Assembly: GCA_964016885.1 (NCBI GenBank)
Contig: OZ024742.1
Span: forward strand, 201,066,001 to 201,130,000
From: Eledone cirrhosa
Taxonomy: Eukaryota
Length of the DNA: 64,000 nt
Direction: 5' to 3'
This document shows positions 1 to 15,084 of the stretch, in pieces. How positions within the stretch are numbered: the first letter of the stretch is position 1; each line of letters starts with the position of its first letter. Under the pieces are notes generated by a model that was not told where the DNA came from, did no database searches, and saw nothing but the letters and a program-made list of their open reading frames with translations. The position numbers were made by a program, and so were the translations under genes.

Positions 1-60
1 ACATTTCAATATTTATTCACACAAATAATTGACATAACACTGACAAGAATAGATCTGTTT

Positions 61-111
<51 letters not shown>

Positions 112-223
112 CAAACACGCAAATGTATACTCATCCACACTAACACACATACACCCGCGTGCACATATATTTACACATACATCCATATAAAAGAAAAATC
201 CTAACATAAATGTTAGTAATACT

Positions 224-615
224 AATTGTTTCTACTTTTGGCACAAGGCCAGCAATTATCAAGTGTATTACTGGTACTTTATTTTATCGACCCCGTAAGG
301 ATGAAAGGCAAAGTCAACCTCGGCGGGATTTGAACTAAGAATGGCAAGGGCCGTAACTCTATGCGTCAAAGCATAGCGTCCGACCCTCTACCGATATAAT
401 GGTTTCTGAATTACGCACAAGGCCAGCAATTTTGGGGGAAAGGAAAGTCTATTAAATCGACTCCAGTGCATTGCTGGTGCTTTATTTTCTCGACCCCGTA
501 AGGATGAAAGGCAAAGATAACCTCACCGGGATTTGAAATCAGAACGTACAGAACCATAACTCTAAGCTGTAAAGCATGGTATCAGACGCTCTACTGATAC
601 TGCCAATCCTCCATC
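224..615 (-). mobile_element. Two tandem tRNA-headed MetaSINE-like elements (family A)
   Basis: Element strand: A box tggcagtatcggtag, B box gttcaaatcc, central gccgaggt.aactttgcctttcatccttacggggtcgataaaataaagtaccag, tail ggccttgtgccaaaagtagaaacaatt. Confidence 0.85.
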
Positions 616-640
616 CTAATAATAATAATAGTATTAATAA

Positions 641-696
<56 letters not shown>

Positions 697-981
697 TTAC
701 TACTACTACTACTGCTGCTACTACTACTACTACTGATTTCGTTATTAGCCACAAGAGCTTGCACATATAATACAGTAAACATATTGTGGTTACATTTCAT
801 GTGAGGCTAAATAAATTATATCAAATGAAAGTTACGAGTAAGGACGTTATACAATAGAGAGATAGGTTTAATAAAACACGAATTAAATATACACTTATCA
901 TAAATAACGTGATAATTTACACGAATTACGATATAAATACATAAAAAATATTCCCCTGAAGAAGTGTTTCAAAAATATGCT

Positions 982-1107
982 TACCCGTATTTCCCGGCGC
1001 CGAAGAAGCTTCGTCCTCGAGGACGCACCCTAATTTTGACACCATGGTAGATTTTTTAGACTTATTTTAGGAAATAAGTAGCGTCTCCGACGCCGGGAAA
1101 CACGGTA
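982..1107. mobile_element. MITE, Tc1/mariner-pogo type
   Basis: Imperfect TIRs TA-c(c)cgtatttcccggcg / cgccgggaaacacgg-TA. Confidence 0.7.
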
Positions 1108-1238
1108 CTTGAAATTTGCTTGGAGGTGGTTGAGCCTTCCATAGGCTCGTGGACACAACATAGTTCACAGGAATATTCTGTGTGATATGGTGTGGGACAA
1201 GGCTGGACTTTTGAATTACAGATATAATTCATTATTTT

Positions 1239-1397
1239 CTGAGTTCAAATCCCGCCGAAGTTAGCTTTAGCTTTCATCATTATGGGGTCGATGATATAAA
1301 ATACCAGCAACTAGCTGGGATAGGGGTGGGGTCGATTTAATCGACTTCCCCTCCCCCATCATTATTGGCCTTGTGCCTAAATCAGAAACCATTATTT
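1239..1397 (+). mobile_element. Family A SINE (5'-truncated)
   Basis: gagttcaaatcccgccg...ggccttgtgcctaaatcagaaaccatt. Confidence 0.7.
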
Positions 1398-2046
1398 TGT
1401 CAGATAAATAGACTGAAGCTACCTGATAGAAAGTGTGTTGCTCTAGCACATAGTGCTCAGCCAAGAATCGAACCAATGAACTTACAATCGGGATTTCAAC
1501 ACTTTAATAACTAAGCCACGTACCTTTACAACTAAACCAAGTGCCTTAAATAAGTACACAAGTCCCTGGATTAATTACAAAATCTCTTGGAACAATGAAA
1601 TGTGTAGAAACATCAAATAAAGGCAACAGCTTTTTTGTGTGAAACTGAAGTCTGTATTTGCTAAAGTATCAGCTAATGTATTTACTAAGGTATTTACTAA
1701 TGTATTTGTGAAGGAGGACAGCGGTTTGGCAGAGTTAGAACGTCGTAAGAATACTTTGTGTTATTTGTTCCGCTTCTCTACGACATGAGTTCGAATACAA
1801 CCGAGGTCAACTATGCCTTTCCTTCTTTTGAAATCGATTAATTAAGTAGTGGTTCAGTACAGGGGTTGATGGTTTATCTATATCTACTTCTCCCTATCTC
1901 TTTCTTTGTCTACCTCATAAGAAGAACATTTTCAGAACTGAAGTATGGGCTTTGCCAGGATTAAATGTCCAGGACACACTGTTTGTCATTATGGCACTCC
2001 TACGATTCCATTAGGAATTAAGGGTCTATTGATGGAATGAATTGTG

Positions 2047-2335
2047 AAGACACATGGGTTAGTGGTTAGATGTTTAGGATTATGATTGCAAGGTCATACG
2101 ATTGATTTCCAAACCGGGCGGCGCATTGTACCTTTGAACAAAGCACTTTTATTTCACGATACTCCAGTCGATTCAACAAGAAAAAGTGTGTTGTGTCTAT
2201 AATTCAAAGGGCCAACTTTATAACATCCCGAGTCATTGTGAGTCCCCCTGAAAATTATTATACAGGTGCATGTGCCTGTGAAATACTCAGTTACAAATGA
2301 GTTTCGCGAGCCGGCTGTTCTGTTGATACATGTGC
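2047..2335 (+). mobile_element. Old family B SINE
   Basis: tgggttagtggttag head, ccgggcggcgcattgtacctttgaacaaagcacttttatttcacg. Confidence 0.55.
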
Positions 2336-3484
2336 TTTCAAACTCCTTAGAACAATCTTTGAAACATAACACAAATACTATCTAATCTTTAACAAAACCA
2401 CAACAAACATTTCCTACTCAACTACCTCTAATTTTGCTAAAGACCTTGACATATTTTATCTCTAAATTAAAATAAACCTATCACATAGTGTAATATGTAA
2501 TCGGAATAACACCATCTTAATACTACGTTCACTGCCGAGGACATTGTCTATGTAGCGTACAGACAAATTCCACCATGAAGACATGTATCGCTATGGCATC
2601 GAATTTCTGAAACTCAAATACATCCGGCTTTTCAGACTGTTTGAAGAACTCTCTCCCAATAGATCTGAACCTCACTAGCATCATATATTCAGGGATTAAA
2701 CATGTAACAAATCCCTACCAAATCATATTACTCCTGTAATATGAGTCCCAGTAAACGCTGTACCCAAGAAAGCGTGGAATTTATCTTTGCTGCAGTAAAT
2801 TCCTAAACACATATTCTGAACGGGATACCTCACACATACACTGCATCTTCAAGACGTAGAAACATTTAAAACATAAATTACACCGGCCTCAAGTGATTTC
2901 GGGAGTTCACCATTTGTATACACTTGTTCATTTTCTGCTATTTCTTAAGAATTTATTATTATATTAGTTATTAAACATTGTATTATTGCCGACATTATCG
3001 AATCATTCTCTATTGCAAGCATTAAGATCAGGTCTTTTTTTAGTATATCTTCTGCCTCCAAAAATCTGAGAGGCTCGGACATAGGTTTCTCTCCTTCATT
3101 AAACACTAAAATTGTGGATTTAAAAAAATGATCTTTGATATTTTTCTTCAACCATAATCCGGTCGAAAAGATAATGCCTTTTCTTCATGGTGATGATTAT
3201 CATGGCGATGGGGAGGCTGATAGTGCTGATAATGACGATGGTGTTGGTGATAGTATTGATGATGAGTGGGGTAAATTGAGTGTGGTGACAGTGATGATGT
3301 AGATGATGGTGTTGGTAATAGTGACGGTGGCGATGGTAAAGGTGTTGAGGGTGACGGTGGTGATGGTAATGATGATGGTGCTTATTGTGATAGTGATGGT
3401 GATTGCGATGTTGTATGTGATACTAATGTTTGCGGTGATGGTGGCAGAATGATGGAAGCTGAACCACAATATGAAATGGTAACG

Positions 3485-4245
3485 GCAGACAGTCAGATAG
3501 AAAGACTGGTAGACAGGCAGTCAGATAGAAAGTCTGGTAGACAGACAGGCAGATAGAAAAGCTGCTAGACAGGCAGTCAGATAGAAAGTCTGGTAGACAG
3601 ACAGGCAAATAGAAAAGCTGCTAGACAAGCAGTCAGATAGAAAGACTGGTAGACAGACAGGAAGATAGAAAAGCTGCTAGACAAGCAGTCAGATAGAAAG
3701 ACTGGTAGTCAGACAGGCAGATAGAAAGATTGGTAGTCAGACAGGCAGATAGAAAGATTGGTAGACAGGCAGGCAGATAGAAAGACTGGTAGACCGGCAG
3801 GCAGATAGACAGATTGGTAGTGGTAGTCACACAGGCAGATAGAAAGATTGGTAGTCAGACAGGCAGATAGAAAGATTGGTAGTCAGACAGGCAGATAGAA
3901 AGATTGGTAGACAGGCAGGCAGATAGAAAGACTGGTAGACCGGCAGGCAGATAGACAGATTGGTAGTGGTAGTCACACAGGCAGATAGAAAGATTGGTAG
4001 TCAGACAGGCAGATAGAAAGATTGGTAGACACACAGATGGGAAGACTGGTAGACACACAGATGGGAAGACTGGTAGACAGGCAGATAGGAAGACTGGTAG
4101 TCAGGCAGGTAGATAGAAAGATTGGTAGACACACAGATGGGAAGACTGGTAGACACACAGATGGGAAGACTGGTAGACACACAGATGGGAAGACTGGTAG
4201 ACAGGCAGATAGGAAGACTGGTAGTCAGGCAGGTAGATAGAAAGA
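3485..4245. repeat. GACA/GATA-rich minisatellite (22-26 bp units)
   Basis: Repeats of agacaggcagatagaaagattggt(agtc). Confidence 0.9.
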
Positions 4246-4403
4246 GAGGTATATAGGTAGACAGACAAACATATTAGCAGGCAAAGAAATATAGTAAGAC
4301 AGACAGACGCTCTGATAGATAGATAGATAGATAACTTTCTATTTATTTGCCACCAGGGCATCAAAGATTGGGACAAATACAAGAGAGGGAGTTTACATAC
4401 ATT

Positions 4404-5241
4404 TCAAGGGACGTATAAAAGTTGTTGGCCAGAGAGAAAAGTGTCTGACCTCAGCCCTTTCAACCTCGTCCACCATACAACCTCTTTCGCCATAGCTATC
4501 ACACAGAGGAAAACCGCCTCTCCTTCGGTTTTGAAGGGGGGAGGCGGTTTGATCGTGACAATGTACGCGGTGGTCAACCGGATTGGTCCCACCCGCGACA
4601 GTAGTCGTTCCACATAGTCCCACAGGTCAGCAACGCCCGGGCACTGTACGAATGCGTGCGCGACGATTTCCTCGTCACGCACGCATCTCGGACAGATCTT
4701 CTTCGAGGGGTCCCTACCTGGGCGCCCGTGTTTGTAGAGCTTGTCCCGAACGGGTAGAGCTCCTCGGTAGCACTGCCAAGCCAGGGACTTTTGGAAGTTG
4801 TCCATCGGTCCCGGGCCAAACGTCCTACTGAACAGACTGGCTAGCTCGTCTTCCTCCATGCCCAGAGCCTCTCCGAGAGAGTCGTCGCACTTGCTGCGCA
4901 CCAACCCTCTATAGAATGTTGAGGTTGAGTCTCCACTGATTGCCGGATCCGCTTGCCAGAGGGCCGTGAGAGCCTGGGCACATTCAATGTGCCAGTCACC
5001 CACTTTTCTCGGTCTTTGCTTGACCCAGGATTGCAGCTCGGTGAGTGAGACGAGTCTCGGAAAGGCTCGCCTCACAAAAGGGTCCCACACCGACTGACCG
5101 GTGAGGAATACCTGGAGGTGCCGTAGCCTTAATGCGTGTCTACGCATCGTCAGCTACGGCATCTTCAGCCCTCCGTTCGAAGGGTGTTGACAGCAGATTG
5201 ATCTTCTCACCAAAGGGGCCCGCTTCTTCCAAAGGAATTGG
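4404..5241 (-). pseudogene. Second, diverged copy of Tx1/L1 ORF2 C-terminus (zf-RVT-type knuckle)
   Basis: RRAFPRLVSLTELQSWVKQRPRK...KICPRCVRDEEIVAHAFVQC parallels 5470-6266, with many substitutions. Confidence 0.85.
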
Positions 5242-6026
5242 TCGCACACACCCCCGAAAAAAGTGTGCAACCCTTCTCCTCAGGAGCACAGAGAGGGGGT
5301 ACTCCCTTGATCTTTCATCTTCCTCACCTATAGTCTGATGTAGAGTGAAGGCCTATTCACACGGGCCATTCTCGCCACTTTCACTCATTTTTCATAAAAA
5401 CGGCTGGGATGCAGCACCTCTCTCTCCATCCTGATCCTTCTTCCGAAATGATATCGGAAGAAACGGACCAGTTGTTGGCCAGAGAGAAAGGTATCTGACC
5501 TCAGTCCTTTCAGACGCGTCCACCATACAACCACTTTCACCATGGCTATTATGCACAGAAAAAGCCGCCTCCCCTTCGTTTTTGAAGAGGGGAGGCGGTT
5601 TGATCGTTACAATAGACTCGGTGGTCAACCGGATCGATCCCTCCCGTGACAGCAGTTGTTCGACATAGCCCCACAGATCGGCAATGCCCGAGCAGTGTAC
5701 CAATGCGTGTGCAACGGTTTCCTCGTCGCACACGAATCTGGGACAGATCTTTTTCGAGGGGTCCCTACCCGGGCGCTCGTGTCTGTAGAGCCTTTCTCGA
5801 ACGGGCAGAGTAGCACTGCCAGGTCAGGGACCTCTGGAAGTTATCCATGGGTCCCGGGCTGAATGTCCTACCGAACAGGTTGGCCAGTTCGTCTTCCTCC
5901 ATGCCTAGGGCTTCTCCGAGGGCGGCGTCGCACCTACTAACCACCAGCCCTCTATAGAATGACGAGGTAGATTCTCCACTGACAGCAGGGTCCGCCTGCC
6001 AGAGAGCTGTGAGCGCCTGGGAACAC

Positions 6027-7286
6027 TCAATGTGCCAGGCGCCCAGTTTTCTCGGTCTTTGCTTGACCCAGAATTGCAGCTCGGTGAGTGAGACGAGTCT
6101 GGGAAAGGCTCGCCTCACGGTTGACCTGTGAGGAATACCTGGAGGTGCCGAGCCTTAATGCGTGTTTACGTATCATTAGCCACGGCATCCCCAGCCCTCC
6201 TTTGGAAGGGTGTTGACAGCAGATGGATCTCCTCACCATAGGAGCCCGCTTCTTCCAAAGGAATTGGGAGAGTGCGCGCTCCATTTTGGCGAGCGTTTCC
6301 CTTGGGCAAGGCACAACGGTCAGGCGGTTGTAGATGACGGACGCTATATAAGTGTTTGCCACCTCCGCTCGACCTTTCGGGGACAGTTTGCACTCGGCCC
6401 ATTTCTGTGTCAGTGCAAACACTATGTTCGTTACCTCACACCAGTTCTTCTCTACCTGGAGGTCTGGTCCGAACCAGACCCCGAACAACTTCACCGGGCC
6501 CTCCGTCCAGCGCCCGACGACGCCATCGGAGGGCATCGCTCTGCCCCTCCACGTGCCGAGTTGCAGACCGATCGACTTGTCCCGGTTCAGCTTAGCCCCT
6601 GTAAATCTTTCGTACTCCTCCAGTAAGGTGCCGTTCGCCCCGATTTCCGAGGCCGTCGACACCATTACTGTTACGTCATCGGCGTAGGCCGACACCGCTT
6701 TCCGCAATCCCGGTTCCAACGGGATGCCCTGCAACAACTCCAACTTCCGCAGCAGTGGCTCTAGAGTCATCACATACAGAAGGGAGGAAAGAGGGCACCC
6801 TTGTCGGATGGACCGCGCGAATTCGAACGGCTCCGAGAGGTAGCCGTTCACCTTGACCCTAGAGCAGATGTGGCTGCTGTGCATGGCATTGATCCAGCCC
6901 CTGAAAACGGGTCCGAAGCCTGCCGCCGCTAGCACCGCATCCAGGTAACCATGGTCGACCCTATCGAACGCCTTAGATTGATCCAATTTGATCAGAGACC
7001 CACCAAAGCCGGGTTCGTTCCCAACCCTCTCTATGATGTATCGCATGAGGTGGAGGTTTTCGTGGATGGACCTGGACGGGATAGCACATGTCTGCGCATC
7101 TCCCACCAGGTTGCCCACGACAAGCGCCAACCTCTTTGCTAGCACCTTGGCCAAAATCTGTAACTCTGTATTTAGCAGAGTTATGGGCCTGAAATTATTT
7201 ATATCGTCCCCCTTGTTCTCGTCCTTCCTCACTAGCGTGACTACGCACTTGGTCACGGCACAGGGAATTCTCCCGTTCTGTTGCAA
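6027..7286 (-). pseudogene. Reverse transcriptase domain of Tx1/L1-type ORF2 (frameshifted on both sides)
   Basis: The 419-aa ORF has NNFRPITLLNTE, DQSKAFDRVDH, SIRQGCPLSSLLY and AYADDVTV. It continues in other frames at 7195-7557, 7404-7811 and 5765-6118. Confidence 0.9.
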
Positions 7287-8114
7287 GTTGGAGTAGACCG
7301 CCTCGAGGAGATCGGGAACAAGTCCGGCATACTAGATATAGTTCGTATGGAAGACCATCGAGACCCGGGGATTTGCGTTTGCCGCATTGGCTCAGCACGT
7401 CCTCTATCTCAGCGGCTGAAATCGGCTCCTCGCAGGACTTCGCCTCCCTGTCCGAGAGACGCGGGAGGCCGTCGAGGTATGGACCGAAGTCCACTTCCCC
7501 AACCGGCTCCCCGCCCTTCCGAACAATCTGGCAAAGTGCTTTTGAAAAGCCTCGCACATCTGCTTAGGCTCAAGGATCACCCGTCCATCCTGGTCTCGCA
7601 AAGACCGGATAGTGGATCTGCTCCCTCTTTTGGCTTCTGTCACGCGGGCCCAGCAAACAGCTTTGGTCCCCTCGTTTCCCAGAGCACTTATTTTGCTTCG
7701 GACGATGGAGCCTTCGTGTTTCGCGTCGAAGAACTGGCCCAGGGCCGTTCTCGACGCTTGCACTCTGGCCACGTCGCCGTTTCTAATTGCCTCTTCTACA
7801 CTTTCTACCAACTCCCTTTCCTTCCTATTTCTATTTGAGGCTAACTCCTTACTAAATTCTATAGAGACTACACTAATCTCTCTATAGATACATACAGAGA
7901 CAGACGCTCTGATAGATAGTTAGATACACATACAGACGCTCTGATAGATAGGTTGACATACACGTAACGGTCAGTGAGATAGTGTGACAGACAGACAGAC
8001 TAACAGGCACACTGATAGGTAAACGGTCAAGTAGACAGAACTGTGATAGACAAGCAAATAAACAGAGAGACAGAGAGATAGAATTAGATAGAAATTAACA
8101 CATTTAGACACATT

Positions 8115-8381
8115 AATTGTTTCTACTTTAGGCACAAGGCCAGCAAAAACCCAGTGCATTACTGGTATTTTATTTTATCGACCACATAAGGATGAAAGGC
8201 AAAGTAAACCTCGGCGGGATTTGAACTCAGATCGTAAAGGGACGTAACTATGCTGGAATGCATGGCGTCCGACCCTCTACCGATACTGCCAATCCACCGC
8301 CCTTTTAGACACATTAATTGTTTCTACTTTAGGCACAAGGCCAGCAATTACCCAGTGCCTTACTGGTACTTTATTTTATCG
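8115..8381 (-). mobile_element. Family A SINE plus partial tandem duplicate
   Basis: Full copy at 8115-8303 and partial at 8316-8381; ttagacacattaat is repeated three times at the junctions. Confidence 0.85.
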
Positions 8382-8806
8382 TTAGACACATTAATAGTAG
8401 GCAGATAGATATGCTCAGAGATTGATAGAATGACAGACATATATAATAGCAGGCTGATGTACAGTCAGACATATAAACTGACAGACAGATATGTAGATAG
8501 CCAGTCAGGCTAATAGACAGATAGAAAGACAGATAAACAGACAGGCAGACATATAGGCATGCAGAGAAACAGATAGAGAGACAGACAGATACACAAACAG
8601 AAAGAGTTCGTGAGTAAGTTACTTAAGAGGCGAAACATCAGAGAGTCTGACTGTGCATAAATTTTGAACAATCTGCTAAGGAATAAAAGAGATTGATTGG
8701 TGATGTTATAAATAACCCCCTCTTCACACACACACACACACACAAACACAAACACATTCAAAATCACACATATATATATAGACTAATATCTATATCTATC
8801 TATCTA

Positions 8807-8847
<41 letters not shown>

Positions 8848-8876
8848 ACTTATATACGTGTGTTTATATATGTACA

Positions 8877-8955
<79 letters not shown>

Positions 8956-9544
8956 AAACACACGTATATAAGTGTTATGTGTTCGTGCATCTGTCAGTGT
9001 ATATTTGCACCAGTCTATGCAGTATTTAATCCCCCTAAAATCTCTCTAAAGTGCTGAGATGTAATACATGTAAGTTTACATACTAACCAGTCTTGATCAG
9101 TGCCTGCTGACTGCTCGTGATTCCCTTTTCACTCTCTATAATCTGTCGTCACTTCTTCCCAACTTTCTTTAATTCACCATTCTATATTTACAGACAGCAG
9201 ACTACCTACTGCGGTTTTCTTTCTCTTTCCAAATCAATGTGAACTAGCAGTCCGGTGGCTGTAGATTGATAGAATCTGTTGAGCGGTTAATAAAAAGTGC
9301 TTTGTGGTATTTGTTCTGATACATACACCACCAAGAACTTTCCCTTTCAACCTTTCAAGTCAAGCAGATGGGGTCCAATTTCATAAACCTGTGACTTCCT
9401 GAATTTTCCCTGCAAAAGAATACGGACAAAGAGCCTTGTGTTCTGAGTATTGATTTCAAAACTCACTGGAATTTCCATTTTTTTTATACATCAAGGGTTT
9501 ATAAAATATATATTAGTCAAGTACTGAAAATTATACGATCGATG

Positions 9545-9952
9545 TTTAACAGAATCGGTAGAGCGTCGCACAATATGTTTAGGGGCATAGAGTTGCGGCC
9601 CTTTACGTTCTGATTTCAAATCCCGCCGAGGTCAACTTTGCCTTTCATCCTTACGGGGTCGAGAAAATAAAGTACCAGTAATGTACTGGGTAATTGCTGG
9701 CCTTGTGCCAAAAGTAGAAACAATTATTAGGGAAGTAAGAGTGATGGCTTGGCACATTAGAGCTTCAGACAAATTCTCTGGGTCGTCGCAGCTCTTAACA
9801 TTCTGTGTTCAAATCCTACCGAGGTCAGCTTTGCTTTTGATCCTTCCGGGTTCAATAAAATATTACCAGTCCAGTACAGGGGTCAGACTAATAGACATCC
9901 ACCCCCCTTTCCTAAATTACTGGCCTTGTGCCTAAAGTTGAAATCGTTATTA
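9545..9952 (+). mobile_element. Two tandem family A SINEs
   Basis: Consensus matches at about 9545-9727 and 9745-9952. Confidence 0.8.
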
Positions 9953-10471
9953 GGGAGGTGTTTTGATAGAATCTTTAGAGCGTCAGGGGCAGATGAAACG
10001 TTTGTTTTGAACTGCAAGCCCACGGAATTCACGTTTGCTTTTCGTTTTTAAGTGCTTCGGACTGGTACGATATTTATGGATACTGAAAGGATGACAGGCA
10101 AAGTTTCTCTAGGACAATTAAACTGAGGATTTGGAAGGTTTGAACAAATATCACAAGACATTATATAAATTATATCAGAGGCTGCTCATTCACCGCCTTA
10201 GAAAAACTTACCGGTTGACGGCATTAATAATCAGTGCCATCTTGGATCTAAATAGCATCAATACCAGCAATAGTCACAAAACAGTCATAACAGCAACAAT
10301 AAATGCTTCTGTTTTTTACTATAATATAATACTTTCAGTCAATCAACTGACACCGTGGTGTATTATTGCCTTTCTCATATGGACAACAGTACATTTTGTA
10401 TTATATTTGGTACTTATTTTATCAATGTCTATTCGTCGAATCGTTAAATAAATAAACATACAGCAACGTAA

Positions 10472-10548
<77 letters not shown>

Positions 10549-10959
10549 TGTATATACATATATATATTGTTATATTTTGCCAAAGTTTCCAATAAAGCAC
10601 ACGCAGTATTCGATGTTCACTTTAGCTATATTATTAGTCAAAGCTCTTTCCTCACACATTCTGTGACTCCTGCAATAACATTTGTTCTTCTCTAAGTCTC
10701 CTCTTCTTTTTAGGGACACAGTAAAATGAATGAAGTGCTTTGGCGAACTAAAAAGTAATAATAAAGCTGATCTGAATATCGGGTAGTGCGTGTATTTTAT
10801 TGGCAAAATTGGTGACATGACCATCCCCAAATATAACAATATCCGTTTTAACATACGATTTCACATCAAGAATCTTGAAAAGCGAATTCATAAACGTATA
10901 CACACACACACACACAGACACACATATATATACAGTATATATATATATGTTTATATATG

Positions 10960-11009
<50 letters not shown>

Positions 11010-12392
11010 TGTATACCATTTCCGTGCCATATTTTCCTCACAGAGCGTTGGTCATCCCAAGGTTATGTTAGAAGGCATCTGTCTAAGATTCCTGATCCTG
11101 GGACAGATCATGAAACCAAGTGACCTCGAAGCAAACTTCTTAACTACCCAAACCGCCCAAAATTAAAACGAAATAAAAGATTCAAAACAACAAGAGGAGG
11201 AAAGTTGATGAAAGGTTTTTTATTTATTGTTCCACAGTACATTAACGTTTACTTCACAGCTAAATTCTTTTAATATATTTTAACTTCAACCACTTTGTAT
11301 ATTTTGTGGGGTTATTTCGTACTCCAAATGAATATTTAAACTTGCTTTATATCTAGGTATGATCCCCTAGTATTATAATGCCGCAAACCATTCTTTAATT
11401 TAGCTTGGTGTTACAACAAAAAAAAAAAGATGCTTAATGTCAATCCTATTTGTTGGTTCATTTTAAACTCCACACCAACCAGTAAGGTTGCTTTACTGAT
11501 AGGAATGACCTCCCAGCATCATAACCTCCAAAATATTTTCAAATTTGGTAGTAAACCCGAGAAATTCTCCCTAATGCCAACCACATGGTGGAGTTATTTC
11601 TAATTCCCACCAACATTTAATGTTATCTTAATACAGCCAGATTAGATCTCCTATCACCACCATAAACCCCACCGCTAAGCCATCCTCAAATTTAGTATGG
11701 TGGTACGACTGAGAAGGCACCAACACCCCCTTTAAATTTTATACGATCTAACAAGCGTCAATAATTGCCGTGTTTACTTCACACACGAAACCGCATTGCT
11801 TGCACAAGGCGATCTTTTATATAAATTATATTTCGTCCGATTTTCAAGGATCCACATCTTTTCAGAGTTTGGATGACTATGCATTTGGCTACACTATGTC
11901 TGTGGACACAACAGGACCGCAACCGAATGATTGGCTGTAGCCAACGAAAGAGCAGTACATAACTCAAAACTTACGGTAACTTTGTACTCTGGTGATAAGT
12001 CATCCTTATCTTTAGAGATAGTTTAATTGAATAACCTGTGTGCCATATATTGTAAAGTGCTATAGAATGTTTTAGTAAAAAGTGTCACCATTATCTGAAT
12101 GATATTATCGTTGGATAAATAACTCAATATTGCCCCGTCATGAGTTAAATACAACGATATTTCAACAGACAATTTACCCATTCGTAGTTACCACGTTAGA
12201 TATTAAAAGAAAATATATCGAAAACAAACCATATAAAAATCCAAGTAACTATTATGTCTGGTAGCTGAGATACGTATATTATCTCAGTGAAATACACAAT
12301 ATTAGCACAGATCGATCTGATTTCGTTTTAATATTTATAATATATATATATTTTCAGCAGTTCCTAGATATAGACACACACACACACGCACG

Positions 12393-12433
<41 letters not shown>

Positions 12434-12442
12434 GTATATGCG

Positions 12443-12533
<91 letters not shown>

Positions 12534-13803
12534 TCCTCAACTCGCAATTTGGTTTTTATGATTAATCAGAGTTAGTTGTTTGATAAACTGTACTTTCAGC
12601 TCATTGAAGTATATTGTAACTGACTGACTGAATGTTCCACAAGAATAACCTTTACATAATTTGCAGGTAGAATCAGGGTGTCAAAATGTAAGGACTTCAA
12701 AGCATCTAATGGGCTTCGGTCTGCCTACAATTTACACTTATATCACTATGATCATAATAACAGTTTTACACGGTTTACTTTTAAAAGATTGGTAACCTGT
12801 GAGAATTTATCTTTTAAAACTAGACTGTGAAGATGCGTTTACTAGTGGTTAGGGTATTGAGATCCCAATTGCAAGGTCCAGGGTCAGATTTCTGTTACAA
12901 TTAGCACTTTAGGTCATTGAGCAAAAAGCTGTATTTCAGTCAAATAATAATAAAAAATAACAGTACCCACAGCAGCAGCAAGTGAAGTTTAATCTTGAGA
13001 CAGACAAATGCCTCGTTCAGTCCTGTACTATCACTCACCTCACGCCAATTAAACCAGGATACGATTTAAATCGATGAGCTCTGGACCTCATGCAGACTTC
13101 ACCATTCTCTTCAAAATTTGGGAGTAAAACTGAGCCGGATATGTCTCGCATGGGTCTATATTTACCTTCGTTTTAATCGTTGAACATCACGAAATACCAG
13201 GTCCTTATCAAAGTTCAAGAATTACATTTTAAAAATACATTTTCACGCATTTCTTTTAATAAAGTGTGTTGGGCTCACAATTGTAAGCCCATGAGTTCGA
13301 TTTCCGGGTCGGATGGTACGTTAAAACTTTTCACGTTGCTCCAATCCAGTGAAACAGAAAAAAAACATGAGTACAAGCAGAGTCTGATATATTTATTCTG
13401 CAACCGATTGGGGTCCCGTTCAGAGAATTTTCGCTTAACATTAATATAACCAGGATAAGCTCCCAACTGATGGGTCTCAAAGCTTCAGTCAGACTTACAC
13501 ATTTCTTAAGTACTGAGAGCAGGAATGTAATTTCACATATGTGTCTATAGTTTATCTTATTTTATTATACTTTGATTATTTTTTGAAGTTCACCAAGTGT
13601 ATCATCCTTATCGAAGTTCAATGATGGAGTTTATAAAATACAATTTTTCACAATTAAAAAAAATATCTTGCAATGATTTACACAAAATCGAAAATAAAAT
13701 AAAAAGTTTACATAATAAATATATATAAATATATATATACATACAGACACACACACACAAATATATATTTATATAATTTACATATATATTTATATACATT
13801 TAT

Positions 13804-13922
<119 letters not shown>

Positions 13923-14020
13923 ATATATGTGTGTGTGTGTGTGTGTATATGTGTACACATATATGTGCGTGTATCTGTGTGTGCGTGTGTGTGCGTGTGC
14001 GTGTGCGTGTGTGTGTGCGC

Positions 14021-14113
<93 letters not shown>

Positions 14114-14406
14114 TGTGGTTGTGTGTGTACTTCTGTGTGTGTATTTATATATTAAAAAAATTAACAATAATTTCCATAGCAAATAGTATTCTTTTCTGTT
14201 AATACACAAATAATCACATGAGGAATTAAGAATAAATCTTGAAAAAATGTTTCCCATTGAGCCATCTATATTTGTAAGGAGCAATTGAAATACGATTGTT
14301 ATTTCATTTATGAATAAGAATATAAAAATGTATAACTTAGTGTTCTTTATATATACATACATACATGCATACATATATAAATATATATATATATGTGTGT
14401 GTGTGT

Positions 14407-14460
<54 letters not shown>

Positions 14461-14591
14461 ATATGTATATATATACAGAGAGAGAGGGAGAGAGAGAGAG
14501 GGGGGGGGAAGAGAGGTGTATTAAGCCAACTTCAAGGCCCATCAGTTTCTCCTTGTGTGTTCAGCACAATTTTGAACTGTGTATATATTAT

Positions 14592-14670
<79 letters not shown>

Positions 14671-15021
14671 ACGATAAAGATCCCACAGGTCCTTGTGGAG
14701 TCATAGAGGCACCATCATATAGCGTGTCTAGGGCACATTTAAACCCGGCGGAGCCCAACCGACTCCAGGGCTGAACACAGTTAATTTATTCTGTAGAGGA
14801 AGAATCGACCCCAGTACTGGACTGGCACTTTTTTTACCGACATCGAAAGGATGAAAGGCAAAGGTGACCTCGGCCGCCAATGTGTATACAGGAAAATGTG
14901 AGACCCCGACGGCAGATCTCAAGCCGTTTCGACGGCTATTTCCTATTACCCACTCTACTACCCTAAGTATTGAGTACTCTGGTGCGTTATGGTCCATCTG
15001 GTCCTCACCACAACTCCTTCG

Positions 15022-15084
<63 letters not shown>

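Larger units (their letters stand above)
4333..7880 (-). mobile_element. Tx1/L1-clade non-LTR retrotransposon, 5'-truncated and compound (two diverged ORF2 3' halves head-to-tail)
   Basis: GC-rich island. Motifs: KSPGLDGLPYELY, FRPITLLN, LDQSKAFDRVDH, RQGCPLS, YADD, C-terminal CPRC..E...HA...C zinc knuckle. The 3' tail gtggcAATAAAtagaaagtt runs into (TCTA)n. Confidence 0.92.

Noticed and set aside
2340-3190. Possible old LINE or coding relic including ORF 2945-3151
   Set aside because: No diagnostic motif could be read.
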